From contig OY986947.1 of NCBI GenBank assembly GCA_963920595.1, positions 1,860,001 through 1,924,000 on the forward strand: a stretch of DNA of 64,000 bases, in the 5' to 3' direction. The notes beneath the pieces are model-generated. The model made no database searches and was not told the origin of the DNA. It worked only from the letters and a program-made list of their open reading frames with translations. A program made the translations under genes and the position numbers. The DNA comes from Eimeria praecox. Taxonomy: Eukaryota. Shown in pieces: positions 37,168-64,000 of the stretch; the first letter of the stretch is position 1, and each line of letters opens with the position of its first letter.

Positions 37168-37985
37168 CTGCGAATGTTGTTGTGGGGTTGTCTTGGGTAG
37201 CGTGTATGGGGTGTATGCTCAGGTTATATATGCTTTCTGCTGCATGCATGTGTTCATGTCTGTGTCTCTTCGTGTCCCTTCCAACATATCTACACCTCTG
37301 GTGTATGTATAGCGTGCTGTACGCCTCACACAAAACATTCTCTTCCTATCACTCTCTTAACTATTCCTATAACAATCGCTGCAATCCCTGCCGTCCTTGC
37401 TTGTCTCAGTCTTTCAGGAAGGCTAATGTATATACTCAGGTTTATTTCTTTACGCTTCAGTTCCTTGTATAAAATATATATATATATTTTCTAACTGACA
37501 GGAGAAGGATGTGGGGATGTGGGGATTAATAAAAACTAAGAATTTGATGAAAATTTATGGTAATTAGTAAAGCAGCTCTCAACAGAAAAATAGTAAACAC
37601 AGAAACATCATCGAGATGATGCAGGGCCTTCCTCTTCTTAATCAGCAGGTCGGCCCCGGCTGCTACAGCTGCTGCAGCTGCTGCAGCTGCTGCAGCTGCT
37701 GCTGCTGCAGCTGCTGCTGCAGGGATACGCGCGGATCCCTAGGGACACAGGGCAAACTAATCCTGAGGGCCTACTTAGTGCAGCAGTGATAGTATCCCTA
37801 AGTAGTATTGATACAGTTCTAGACAAGTTTTCTATCGATTGCTGTGCTACAGCCCCCCAGAATTGATCTACCCCTGCACCTCTAAACTACGATCCACATG
37901 GTGATAGTATGCGGGTAGCAGCATCCAGGTAGTTGTTGAGGTGGAGGTGGGTGAAGCCCTAAGTAACCCCCGAGAGTTCTGCCCA

Positions 37986-38022
<37 letters not shown>

Positions 38023-38024
38023 GA

Positions 38025-38066
<42 letters not shown>

Positions 38067-38149
38067 TCTTCCTTCAAACGAAGCAAGAAGTATGCTTCGG
38101 CGTCTCGCTGATTATAGAAGCGTTGAGCGAAGTATGGGGCCATGCTCGA

Positions 38150-39050
38150 GGTGGTGTAGGTAGTGGGGTTTATACACCAGGAGAGCAGAAAGCCAGGTTC
38201 TTTAGACAGCGTAGGATGCATCCCTCGCCTGAGACTAATGCCCTCATTTGTCGGGTATGTGAAAGCCGATACACACTCTCAAACTCAAACCCTGCTTACT
38301 GTGCAGTCTCCCGATCGACTAATAGATCTAGATAAACATCTTGATGGATGCTTGTAGGGTACTCACCACAGTTTAGCGGCTGTGCCAGCATCTATGTAGT
38401 TGTGGATAGGCTCAGCAATAAAAGGGCGAGTGGCCCGATGAATCTCTATCACGTGTGCAAGAGCAGCGTGCTCCGCGAATATAATCGATCACAGCTATCT
38501 AGCGCATGCAAGCTGTTGATGCCTCTATAAATATAAATATAAATATATATAAATATAAATAACTCTATAAATAACAAATCTTAGTTGCAAAACATATTCT
38601 GGAGAGTATTTGAGTCTCTACGACAGGTAGGATTAATAAAAACGGCTTGATTCTATCGCTTTTCTAAAATGGGTTTATAATACACCAGAGCAATCTACTC
38701 GTCGTTCGCTGGTATTTCAAACTTGCAAGGAAGCTCTGGCTGAATCAATTACCCAAGAAACCGTTAGCTGCTCGCAGCTACTTAAGAGGAAAAACATATC
38801 AGCTGAGACACAACAGCAAAAGCTATGCAACAATCACTTATCACGTAGCCACCTTAGTATTAGTGTATTCGCATGCAGGTTCCTAGGTACCTGCTGCGTG
38901 CAGGTACCTAGGAAGACGATCATCATATGCCCTTCGCCCCAAGCTGGTTGAAGGTTCTTTCTGCTTGTTACATAGTGTGCGCGTCTCTAAAATTATTCAT
39001 ACTCCTTCTCCCTCAAGGTCCCTCAAGGTGTTTTCATACTCTCGTTGCTG
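38150..39050 (+). mobile_element. Degenerate Ty3/Gypsy (chromovirus-like) LTR-retrotransposon integrase remnant
   Basis: Collinear fragments across frames: RF..(CRVC) zinc-finger end; LL...SPDR; TAG at 38329 where W is expected, then INILMD; SGCASIYVVVDRLS (rve core IxVVVDRLSK). A weaker GPY/F-region-like FAPSW...LLLP...FH lies at ~38930-39040. Multiple stops and frameshifts. Confidence 0.6.
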
Positions 39051-41549
39051 GTCTACCGAAAGAGTCAAGGACTTACTGGCTTTGCCCCCATATCTCACCG
39101 CGTTCAGCGGTGAGATATGGGGCCCACAACGGCAAGTAGGGAAGAACATCCGGCCAAAATTAGATAGTACACAAGAGTAGCAGAGCAAGGGCTCACTAGA
39201 TGGGAATCGTATATATACTGGCAAGAGGAAAGGCAAGGCGAGTGGGTCTCTGAAGATAGTCGGACAGGAACATCCAAATGTTCTTTTTGAGTAAGAAACT
39301 GTCATTGAACACATCCTCTTTAGTTTGGAGCTGCTGTATGTTTTATGCGTGTTTAGGTAAATCTGTAGCTGTAAGCAGTAGGTCAGATTATATATACTTG
39401 GACTTTATTTGTGTGATAATGCTCCGGTGGTGATGGTTGTCTACTCTTCTACCAGAATCCAGTTTCTCATCCCCGCCAAAGGCTTTCCTTTGTTGATGCT
39501 TGGGCCCAACCCCCACTTGGGGGAGGCTACCTCCCCGCTCAGCTGTAGCGACACCGCTGCTGGCTGATTCCCTCTCACCGCATTTGTTTCTCCTCGGGAT
39601 TGAGATGCACGTAATACAGCGAGGCTCCCTGCGCATGAATGCTACAGGACTAGTATTGCCTGACCCGTGGTAAAACCCACTGATTGAGCACCACACAGCA
39701 CAAGCGCCAACTAATCTCACCATCTCAGTACATCAGCAGTAAAGACACTCAGGCGCACCCACGGTTATTATTATTATTATAATAATAAGTAGCTAGCTGA
39801 CTGCTAGCTGTTTGTTGATCTCTCTTGAATTCCTGACCCCATGCAACATGGCACGCGAAGAGACGGGCTGTTGGGGGGCGGCAGTGAGCAGATGCATCAG
39901 GGTGTCTCTGGAGTAGGTGTATGCATGCATGCTTGCTCGTGAGCGCTTGTCGTAGAAGGCCCAGCTGGAGTCTAAACAACTCACCAACGAGTTTGAATAT
40001 GCATGAAAAAGGCGCGTCGTCATGTGCTATACCCTCGGATAACGAAGCTGCAGCAGACAATAATACAACACTGAACAGGCCAGTCTAATTTTCCTTACAG
40101 CCTCAGCACCCCCCACTCATCGTTGTTTTGCAAAGGGCGCTCTGCGGTCAAAAATTGCAGAGCCCGCGTTTTGAAACATGTTGCCTGTCCTTCAAAACTG
40201 AGGGGATACTTCCCTTCGGGGTAGTTCGCCTAAATCCTTTTATATATTTGCAGCCAAAGACGATTGTTGCCGCAGGTTACGGACTATTGCTACTACACAG
40301 ATATTTTGATGAAGGTGTGTCGAACAGAGCTAGGGAATCGCGGCCCATTGGAATCCCGATGAAACAGAATCCGAATCTGTCCCTCGAGAGGACTTCAACA
40401 CTATTCGACTCCATAGTTATATCCGGCTTCGATGGTCATCACCAACGCCATCTTCTCTAGTTCGAGGCCAGGCTTGGTTCTCAGAAGTGAGCCCGATACA
40501 CCCGTCGCTGCCGACTTTCAAATACAGCTATCGCTAACTCGAGAATGTGTGAAGAAACCACGCAAAACACCAGACAAGAAACCACCGTAAGCGCCGCTCG
40601 ACAATTACTTTTAATGCAAGCAAATGCTCTGTAGTGGAGACGAAGTCTCTATGAAGAGCCCAGGAGAGCGGGCAAACCAAAGAATTCACCCTGCACTAGT
40701 TGTGGCTTTTGTTGTATGTTTTCAAGCCAGCGCGCTGAGATTTTATGCCTTTAAAGTGTGGGCGCCATCCTTACTAGGAATGCCCTCCTTATGAAACGGT
40801 TCAGGGAATCGCCGAAACTTCTTAGAACTCTCCCCACAAACAGGCTGCAAGGCAATAGCTGAACGGAGCAAATGAAGGAGACTGAGGGCCTCGACATACG
40901 TGTACTAACGAGTAGGGGACAGAGGAGTCGGGGATATTGAGCTAAAGGACTAGGAGACTGACAATGGGACTGGGTTTGTGAGAACCGCTTGAGCGAAAGT
41001 AATACCCGAGGGACGCATACACTGTCTGTTCAACTCTACGGCGCCAACTGCAAGCGTGGGTGTGCACAGCACTGCTTACACCAGGATGGCGTTCAACCTT
41101 TGCATGTTGTACCTGCTTTGTATAGTGTATAGATGAGTCTATGCCTTCATACGTAGACTGTCTCCACCGTAAATTGTTTTGCTGCTGTGATCTACTTCCC
41201 CTCTCCTACCTATATCATCCACTCTGTGATACTTTGGGGCTAAGCCTTCTTGTAGGAGAAAGCAGGACACACTGGCTCTTGCTCGCTTTAATGCTGAGCC
41301 TTTCTTTCAGGTGTTTTTACGTGTTTCCCGCTTAGGTAACAATTGCCCGCATTAAAACGCGGAACCCAACCCCCGCGTCAGAGGCAGACTACCGTACAGC
41401 TCATTCGTGAGGCGGGCCTTGCAGGGATCTACAGGAGATTGTTAGGAGCAGCAACAAACACCAGCAGCAATAAGAAATGCTACTCGTCTTCTTCCTTCTC
41501 CATCTTTTCCTTTTGTTCATTGGGGGGTCTGGCCTTCCTTACTATCTAT

Positions 41550-41645
<96 letters not shown>

Positions 41646-41729
41646 TTATTTATTTATCTACACTTCAGCAGACAGACATGCTATACTTTCTTTGCTAGCA
41701 AACTGTTAGGGAAGGATCTCGACATACCC

Positions 41730-41767
<38 letters not shown>

Positions 41768-41986
41768 CAGAGCCTGCAGCAGAGCACTAAAGCCCCCTCT
41801 TCCTCTCCCCCCCCCCCCCCCCCCCCTCTCCTCCCCTCTTATGAGTTATAAGCAATAAAGGCAGAAGGGATCTACCCTACTTAGTAGGAAGCTTAGGGTG
41901 ATGGGTTTTAACTTGTTTATATATTTGGCTGGAGGATAGAGAAGAAGCAAAAACTGCTGCAGGCTGCATACACTAGAATGAGGGGG

Positions 41987-42029
<43 letters not shown>

Positions 42030-42096
42030 CCAGACGTGTGCAGCAGCGAGCCAGCAGCAGCTGCTGTTGCTGTTGTTGTTGCTGCTGCTGCTGTTG

Positions 42097-42199
<103 letters not shown>

Positions 42200-42433
42200 C
42201 TTCGGGCTGGCTTCTGGCCCCGCACGCAGCAGCAGCAGGTATAAGCATCGGAATGCGAGGGGCTTTGCGTATAAATAAATAATAATTTACGGATAAATAT
42301 AAATAAATATTTATTTATTTTAAATTAATTTTATATTTATTCCTTCAGAAGCAATTGTTTAGAGGAGTTTATATGCTGCTGCTGTGAAGCCACTCTACCC
42401 AACAGCAGCAGCCAGCAGCAGCCAGCCAGCCTA

Positions 42434-42472
<39 letters not shown>

Positions 42473-42597
42473 GAAGAGCAGCAGCAGCAGGAACGGTGCT
42501 GGATCCCAATCACAGCAAGAGCAGCAGCAGGTTTATTTTTGACTGTGTTTAAGAATAAGTCTGCCTTCTAAGCAGCAGCAGCAGCAGCAGCAGCAGC

Positions 42598-42628
<31 letters not shown>

Positions 42629-42784
42629 CTCGTAATAATCTATAGGGGGTTTACGCTCTACCCCCAGCAGCCAGTCTCTGCTGTCTATACAGCTGAGTTG
42701 GATGGACGGGCTGCTATTGTCTCTTTAGATTTATCTTTCTTCTTTTGTTGTAGTTTTGCTGCAACAGCAGCAGCAGCAGCAGCT

Positions 42785-42816
<32 letters not shown>

Positions 42817-42949
42817 TGGCCTGAGACACGCAACCCGTATCTCCGAGGCCATCGTTTGGGGCTTATTATCTCTGCTGCTCTTCTCTTCTTCTTTTCTATA
42901 AAATTATATTTAGTTGTATCTGTATGTTGAGTAGAGGTAAATACATACA

Positions 42950-43001
<52 letters not shown>

Positions 43002-43341
43002 GTTGAGGGGCCAAGAACATGTACTAGGGAGATATCATCGGGGGCCCCATATAGATCCTAGGGGCCCCTTGTGAGGCCTCATACTATTTATTTATATTAT
43101 ACTAATCCTATGTATTGTATTTATTTATTATAAAGCAATAAATATTGTTATGATGGTTGAGGTGTATGTACATGTGTGCGTGTGTGTGTGTGTGTGCTTC
43201 TGTGTGTGTCTGTGTGTGTTTGGGGCTACAGCAGCATCTCGCTTCTATTTAATAGCGGGTGCCCTGGAGCAGCAGCATTTACGGAGCAATAGATAGCAGC
43301 AGCAACAGCAGCAGCAGCAGCAGCAGCACGACAACGAACAG

Positions 43342-43382
<41 letters not shown>

Positions 43383-43485
43383 GCAGCAGCGTGGGGGCTT
43401 CTGTACGCAGCTTGCGTGTCTCATAGGATGCTCCTCGCAGGAGAGCTAGCAGCCACAGCCGCACGGCGCTAGGGGCTCCATCACC

Positions 43486-58060
<14,575 letters not shown>

Positions 58061-58074
58061 TATGTTTATCTTTG

Positions 58075-58110
<36 letters not shown>

Positions 58111-58267
58111 TATTATATATAAATTATTATTAGGGTTTATATATATTATAAAGGAGACAGCTGACATATAAGCAAGCAACAGAGAGGAGACAGCAGATAG
58201 ATATATATATATATTATATGTTGTCTCCTGCTGCTGCTGTCTTCGTGGGGACTTCGAGTCGAAGGCC

Positions 58268-58328
<61 letters not shown>

Positions 58329-59246
58329 CACTGCAGCACGACAGCAGCCGCTGCAGCACAGCAGCAGCCACTGCGGCACATGCAGCAGCAACAGGAGTTA
58401 TTGCTGCTGCAGCAGGTGCGTTCTTTGCTGCAGGGCGAGCTGCTGCTGCAGCTATTATTGCTGCTGCTGCTGCTATTATTGCTGCTGCTGCAGTTATTAT
58501 TGCTGCTGCTGCTGCTATTATTGCTGCTGCTGCTGCTGCAGCTCTTCTGCTTTTCGGGCGTTGAGCATCATTTTACTCGACGGCCAATTTATATTTTATC
58601 TCTTTTATATTTTACTGAGAAAATTTTGGCTGACAGCAGCAGCAGCAGCAGCAGCTGTACGTACACCCCACACCCCACACAAACTGTGCGTACACCCCAC
58701 AAACCCTCACTCTGTTACACAGTATTCCCCTTACAGCTCTGTCTACAGACACACATCCCTCGTAGGGTTGTTGCTGCTGCTGTTGTTGTTGCTACTGCTG
58801 TTGCTGCTGCCGCTGCTTCTGCTGCTACAGCTGCGAGTGCAGCAGCAGCAGCAGCTGCTGCTGCTTCTGCTGCTACTGCTGCTGCTATGGAGATGAGAGT
58901 TGCTGCTGTTTGATTAGAGGAGGGGAGACAGAGAGTCGAGCTATGCTTGGGGCTGCATGCGTGCTTCGTTTGCTGCTGAGAGGAGACAGTTGGACGCACG
59001 CTCTCTCTTCTCTGCTGCTGTCTTTCTGCTGCTGTCTCCTTGCTGTCTTTCTGCTGCTGTCTGTCTCCTTCTGTAGTATCTCCTAAAGATATACTGTCTA
59101 TATCTATATAGATATATAGATATATATCTACATCCATATCTATTTATCTATATCTATATATCTATCTATATCCATCTATCTATCTATCTATATCTATAGA
59201 TATAGATATAGATATAGATATAGATATACAGATATAGATATAGATA

Positions 59247-59288
<42 letters not shown>

Positions 59289-59593
59289 GATAGATAGATA
59301 GATATTTATAGATATAGATAGGTAGATAGATAGACAGATAGATAGATATAGGAGAGACGAGCTGTACTAGTGTTTAGGGTTTAGGGTTTAGGGTTTAGGG
59401 TTTATCCCTAATTGTCTACCACTGCAAATGCCGTATAGAAAACAAACAGTGATATAATCGAGAGACAGAGAAGAGACAGAAAAATACAACTTTGAGGAGG
59501 AGACAAACGAGAGGAGACGGAGATAAATAATCTGTCTCCTTCTCGGCTTACTCTATATCAAAAACCCGAAACAGCAGCAGCTGCTGCTGCTGC

Positions 59594-59625
<32 letters not shown>

Positions 59626-59707
59626 CTATCGGTGCTGCAGCAGCAGCAGCAGCAGCTGCTGCTGCTACAGCAGCGGCACCGCTGCTAGGAGAGCCAATGC
59701 AAACTAG

Positions 59708-59726
59708 TGCATGCATGCATGCATGC
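59708..59726. promoter_or_regulatory. TGCATGCA run (candidate ApiAP2 site); also at ~1542, 1997, 9830, 32666, 37241, 39922
   Basis: TGCATGCA is a known over-represented apicomplexan motif bound by an ApiAP2 domain. Function at these sites is not shown. Confidence 0.4.
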
Positions 59727-59936
59727 GTGCATATCTGTGCTGCAGCTCGCACCTGCTGCTGCTGCTGCTGCAGCAGCAGCAGCAGCAGCCGCAGTTTGTC
59801 TGCTGAGTTGATGGGGTTAGAAGCTGCTGCTGCTGTTGCTGCTGCTGCTGTTTTTGTTTCTGCTGCTGCTGTATGAAAATATGACAAGACCTTCTTCACC
59901 TGCCTATACACCCTGTAGGTATTATGCATGCACTCC

Positions 59937-59985
<49 letters not shown>

Positions 59986-60165
59986 CTGCTGCGCAGACAC
60001 CAGGGATTCTTTCTTCTTCTTCTAAAGACACAAACAATAACAACACGAAATCAAAACACTGACTAGATGCTGCAGTTGCTGCTGCTGCTGTTGCTGCTGT
60101 TGCTGCTGTTGCTGCAGCAGCAAAATGAACTGCCCTGTGTCCCCCTCACATCAAAAACCCGCAAG

Positions 60166-60197
<32 letters not shown>

Positions 60198-60501
60198 ACA
60201 GCAGCAGCAGCAGCAGCAGCGCACAGAAAGCCGCAGCTAAGGGTGTGGCGGCGCTGTCTCAGCAGCAGCACCATCAACAGTAGCAACAGCAACAACAACA
60301 ACAGCAGCAACAGCAACAACAAAAACAACAGCAGCACCATCAACAGCAGCAACAGCAACAACAACAGCAGCAGCAGCAGCAGCACCATCAACAGCAGCAA
60401 CAGCAACAACAACAGCAACAACTACAACAACAACAGCAACAACAACAACAGCAGCAGCAGCACCATCAACAGCAGCACCATCAACAGCAGCAACAGCAAC
60501 A

Positions 60502-60536
<35 letters not shown>

Positions 60537-60580
60537 AACAACAGCAGCAGCAGCAGCAGCGGGGTGTACGTACAGCTATT

Positions 60581-60689
60581 CTATGTATGTATAACAGGTG
60601 TGCCTAAGGCGAGTCCTTTGTATGCAGAGTTTGTTTGCTCTTGAGAGCTCGGATTTAATATAACAATCGGGCAGTCTGCTGCTAGCTGA

Positions 60690-60724
<35 letters not shown>

Positions 60725-60886
60725 GGAGTCTGCTGCTGCTGCTGCTGCTGCTGCTGAGGTGGAGGAGCTTGATATACCCCACAGAGACAGCTCCTCCTCA
60801 CGCTGCAGCAGCGGGGCTGCTGCATACAGAGGAAGCACGAATTGATGCTCTTCTTGCTGCAACACAAGAAAATATAGAAAACAAAA

Positions 60887-60957
<71 letters not shown>

Positions 60958-61114
60958 ATTAGATTAAATTAAATAAATACAGGTTCTTAGAAATATATAA
61001 ATAAAAAATAAAAACAAATAATATACAGATTGATATGAAAGACAAACAGACAAATAAAAACACAAGACACAAATATATAAACACAGGGCGCATGCTACCA
61101 GATCCCAACACCTG

Positions 61115-61151
<37 letters not shown>

Positions 61152-61306
61152 GCCACCCACACCAGCAGCATGTAAACCACCTGCAGCAGCAGCAGCAGCA
61201 GCAGCAGCACTTCCAGCCACTGCAGCACTACCAGCCATTGCAACATCAGCACAATCATCAGCAGCAACAGCAACAGCAGCAACAGCAGCAACAGCAGCAG
61301 CAGCAA

Positions 61307-61341
<35 letters not shown>

Positions 61342-61573
61342 GCAGCAACAGCAACAGCAGCTGCTGCAACAGCAGCAGCAACAGCAACAGCATCCACACC
61401 ATCACCAGCAGCACCAACACCATCACCAGCATCATCATCATCAACAGCAGCAGCAGCATCAACAGCAGCAGCACCAACACCATCACCAGCATCATCAACA
61501 GCAGCAGCAGCAGCAGCAACATCAGCATCATCATCAGCATCATCATCATCAGCAGCAGCAGCAACAGCAGCAT

Positions 61574-61629
<56 letters not shown>

Positions 61630-61921
61630 ATACCTGTAAGAGGTTGAAGTATGGTAATCCCCTTCTATGTTTGAATGTGAATGCTAAGAAAGTCCACAGA
61701 GACAATTCAAGAACAGAGGAGACAGCCTCATTAATATCGGGCCTATCATATATAATAAGAAAGGAGACAGAAGAAACAGTAGATAATAAAAAAAATAATA
61801 AATAAAATATCCGAAACAGTCTAAATAAATACAACTTCAAATCTAACGTTGAAGCCATATCTTCTATACCTGACGCTCTTACAAACTCCAAACGAATCTA
61901 ACAACACACACACAAACATAC

Positions 61922-61971
<50 letters not shown>

Positions 61972-62024
61972 AAGATATTATTACGTATAATTATATAAAA
62001 AATAAATAAATAAATAGATCTATC

Positions 62025-62085
<61 letters not shown>

Positions 62086-62184
62086 TACAAACACGAAAAC
62101 ACAAGACAAACACTCTACTGCTGCTGCAGTTGTTGCTGCTAATGCTGCTGCCTCTGCTGACGTTTTTGGTGGTGGTGGTGGTGG

Positions 62185-62216
<32 letters not shown>

Positions 62217-62363
62217 CTGCTGTTGTTGCTGCTGTTGCTGCTGTTAATATTGTTGCTGTTGTTAGTGTTGCAGCAGCAGCAGCAGCAGCAGCGGCAGACA
62301 TTACACGTTTCCTGCCACTTTCTGCTGCTGCTGCAACAGCAGCAGCAGCAGCAGCAACAGAAA

Positions 62364-62395
<32 letters not shown>

Positions 62396-62608
62396 GCAGC
62401 AGGCCGTATGGCTTTGCTGTTGTTGGGGGGGGGGGTGTGTTTGAGGTGTACGTACACCCCGTTAAGACCTTACCTGGAGCTTTCGTATACAACTATTACA
62501 AGAACGTATAATTACGATTAAAATAATAAAATAAAGAAGAAGATGAATAGGCAAACATTCCACAGGGTCTACTTGGTTGACGCTGCTCAGTACGTACACC
62601 GCGCTCAC
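60581..62608 (-). CDS. Multi-pass membrane protein, last three exons (possibly GOST/lung-7TM-like); upstream exons not identified in the window
   Basis: Exons 62608-62474, 61897-61634, 60856-60581 join in phase 0 with GT-AG sites. Hydrophobic helices IHLLLYFIILIVII, FRIFYLLFFLLS and LELSLWTFLAFTF are followed by a polar tail containing PIVILNP. The family assignment is a recollection only. Confidence 0.65.
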
Positions 62609-62611
62609 CTG

Positions 62612-62649
<38 letters not shown>

Positions 62650-62743
62650 GCAGAAGCAGCAGCAGGAACAGGAAGAGGAAAAGCAAATCAGCGAGAGCGG
62701 CAGCACTTCTGCTGTTCTACTGCTGCAGCCACCAAAGCTGTTG

Positions 62744-62775
<32 letters not shown>

Positions 62776-62810
62776 ACTTCGACAGTACCAGCAGCAACAA
62801 CAACAACAAT

Positions 62811-62848
<38 letters not shown>

Positions 62849-63064
62849 GCGCAGGACAAGGAAAGTCGAAGAAACAAAAGAAATAGGAGAGACAAAGAGA
62901 AGAGACAGGGGGAGAGGCAGACGTGAAAGGAGACAGTAGGCGTCCCTCGAAGGAGACAGAAAGGAGACAGCAATAAAGACAGAGAGACAGAGAGACAGAG
63001 ACACAGAGAGAGACAGAGAGACAGAGAGAGACAGAGACAGAGAGGGAGAGGGAAAGAGAGACAG

Positions 63065-63118
<54 letters not shown>

Positions 63119-63309
63119 GGAGAGACAGCTACTAACGAGAAGAATCAGAATCAAGACAAGGAGACAGATAAAAGACAGACAGAACAGAGACAGACAGAAA
63201 GGAGACAGACAGAATAGAGACAGACAGAAAGAAGAGAGACAGGAGACAGGAGACAGACAGAAAGGAGACAGAGACAGAAAACATACAAAGATGAGAGAGA
63301 GAAGATAGA

Positions 63310-63485
63310 AAAGAGACAGAGAAGAGACAGAGAAGAGACAGAGGAGAGACAGAGAAGAGACAGAGAAGAGACAGAGAAGAGACAGAGAAGAGACAGAGAA
63401 GAGACAGAGAAGAGACAGAGAAGAGACAGAGAAGAGACAGAGAAGAGACAGAGAAGAGACAGAGAAGAGACAGAGAAGAGACAGC
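63310..63485. repeat. (GAGACAGAGAA)n 11-bp minisatellite within a GA-rich intronic tract
   Basis: Directly visible tandem 11-mers. Confidence 0.85.
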
Positions 63486-64000
63486 AACTAAAGACAAGAG
63501 CAACAAACAGAAGGAGACAGAAATGAGGAGACAGAGAGAAAACAAAGAGGAGACAGCAAGGAGACTGAGAGGAGACAGTGGGGGAGACACATACAGAGAC
63601 AGCAAATAAGGAGAGAAGGAGACAGACAGAAAGGAGACAGACAGAAAGGAGACAGACAAGAGACAAGAGACAGGAGACAGACAGAAGACAGAGAGACAGG
63701 TGACAGAGAGACAGGAGACAGAGAGAAAGGAGACAGGGAGACAGGAGACAGGGGGACAGCAGACACAGAGACAGGAGACAGAGACAGACACGCATTTATT
63801 ATAACTAGTTATACAGGAGACAGAGGGACACGAGAGAGAGAGAAAGGAGACAGAGAGACAGGAGACAGGGAGGAAGGAGACAGAGAGAAAGGAGACAGAT
63901 ATACAGGAGACATATATACAGGAGACAGAGAGACAGGAGACATATATACAGGAGACAGGGAGACAGGAGGCAGCGAGGAAGGAGACACATATAGAGGAGA

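Noticed and set aside
39388..40460. Short ORFs in the repeat-poor island as real genes
   Set aside because: No recognisable domain, splice structure or consistent frame.

Overview
Eukaryotic, intron-rich DNA with the repeat signature of an Eimeria-type coccidian (Apicomplexa): pervasive CAG/CTG runs, interstitial AAACCCT telomere-like heptamers, TGCATGCA and AGCT runs, and (TA)n/(GATA)n microsatellites. Most ORFs in the supplied track are microsatellite artefacts. By hand-tracing GT-AG junctions and reading-frame phase I rebuilt seven protein-coding loci: (1) FEN1 first exon (-); (2) a Gln/Ala-rich IQ-motif protein (+); (3) CLP1 RNA 5'-OH kinase, 9 exons (-); (4) 26S proteasome ATPase RPT1/PSMC2, 8 exons (-); (5) a small multi-pass membrane protein (-); (6) a very large eIF4G-like MIF4G/MA3 protein (+) with several apparent 1-bp indels, probably assembly errors; (7) the last three exons of a multi-pass membrane protein (-). 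A repeat-poor island at ~37.5-41.4 kb holds a decayed Ty3/Gypsy-type integrase relic and two perfect 15-16 bp hairpins. The most interesting unexplained signal is a motif family GGTGTAYnnRCAGCT, present as about 20 dispersed copies, an 8x17-bp tandem array next to a hairpin, and a 3x20-bp palindromic array. I see no CRISPR array, tRNA, rRNA or prokaryote-style system. All assignments come from motif recognition by eye; no searches were run.
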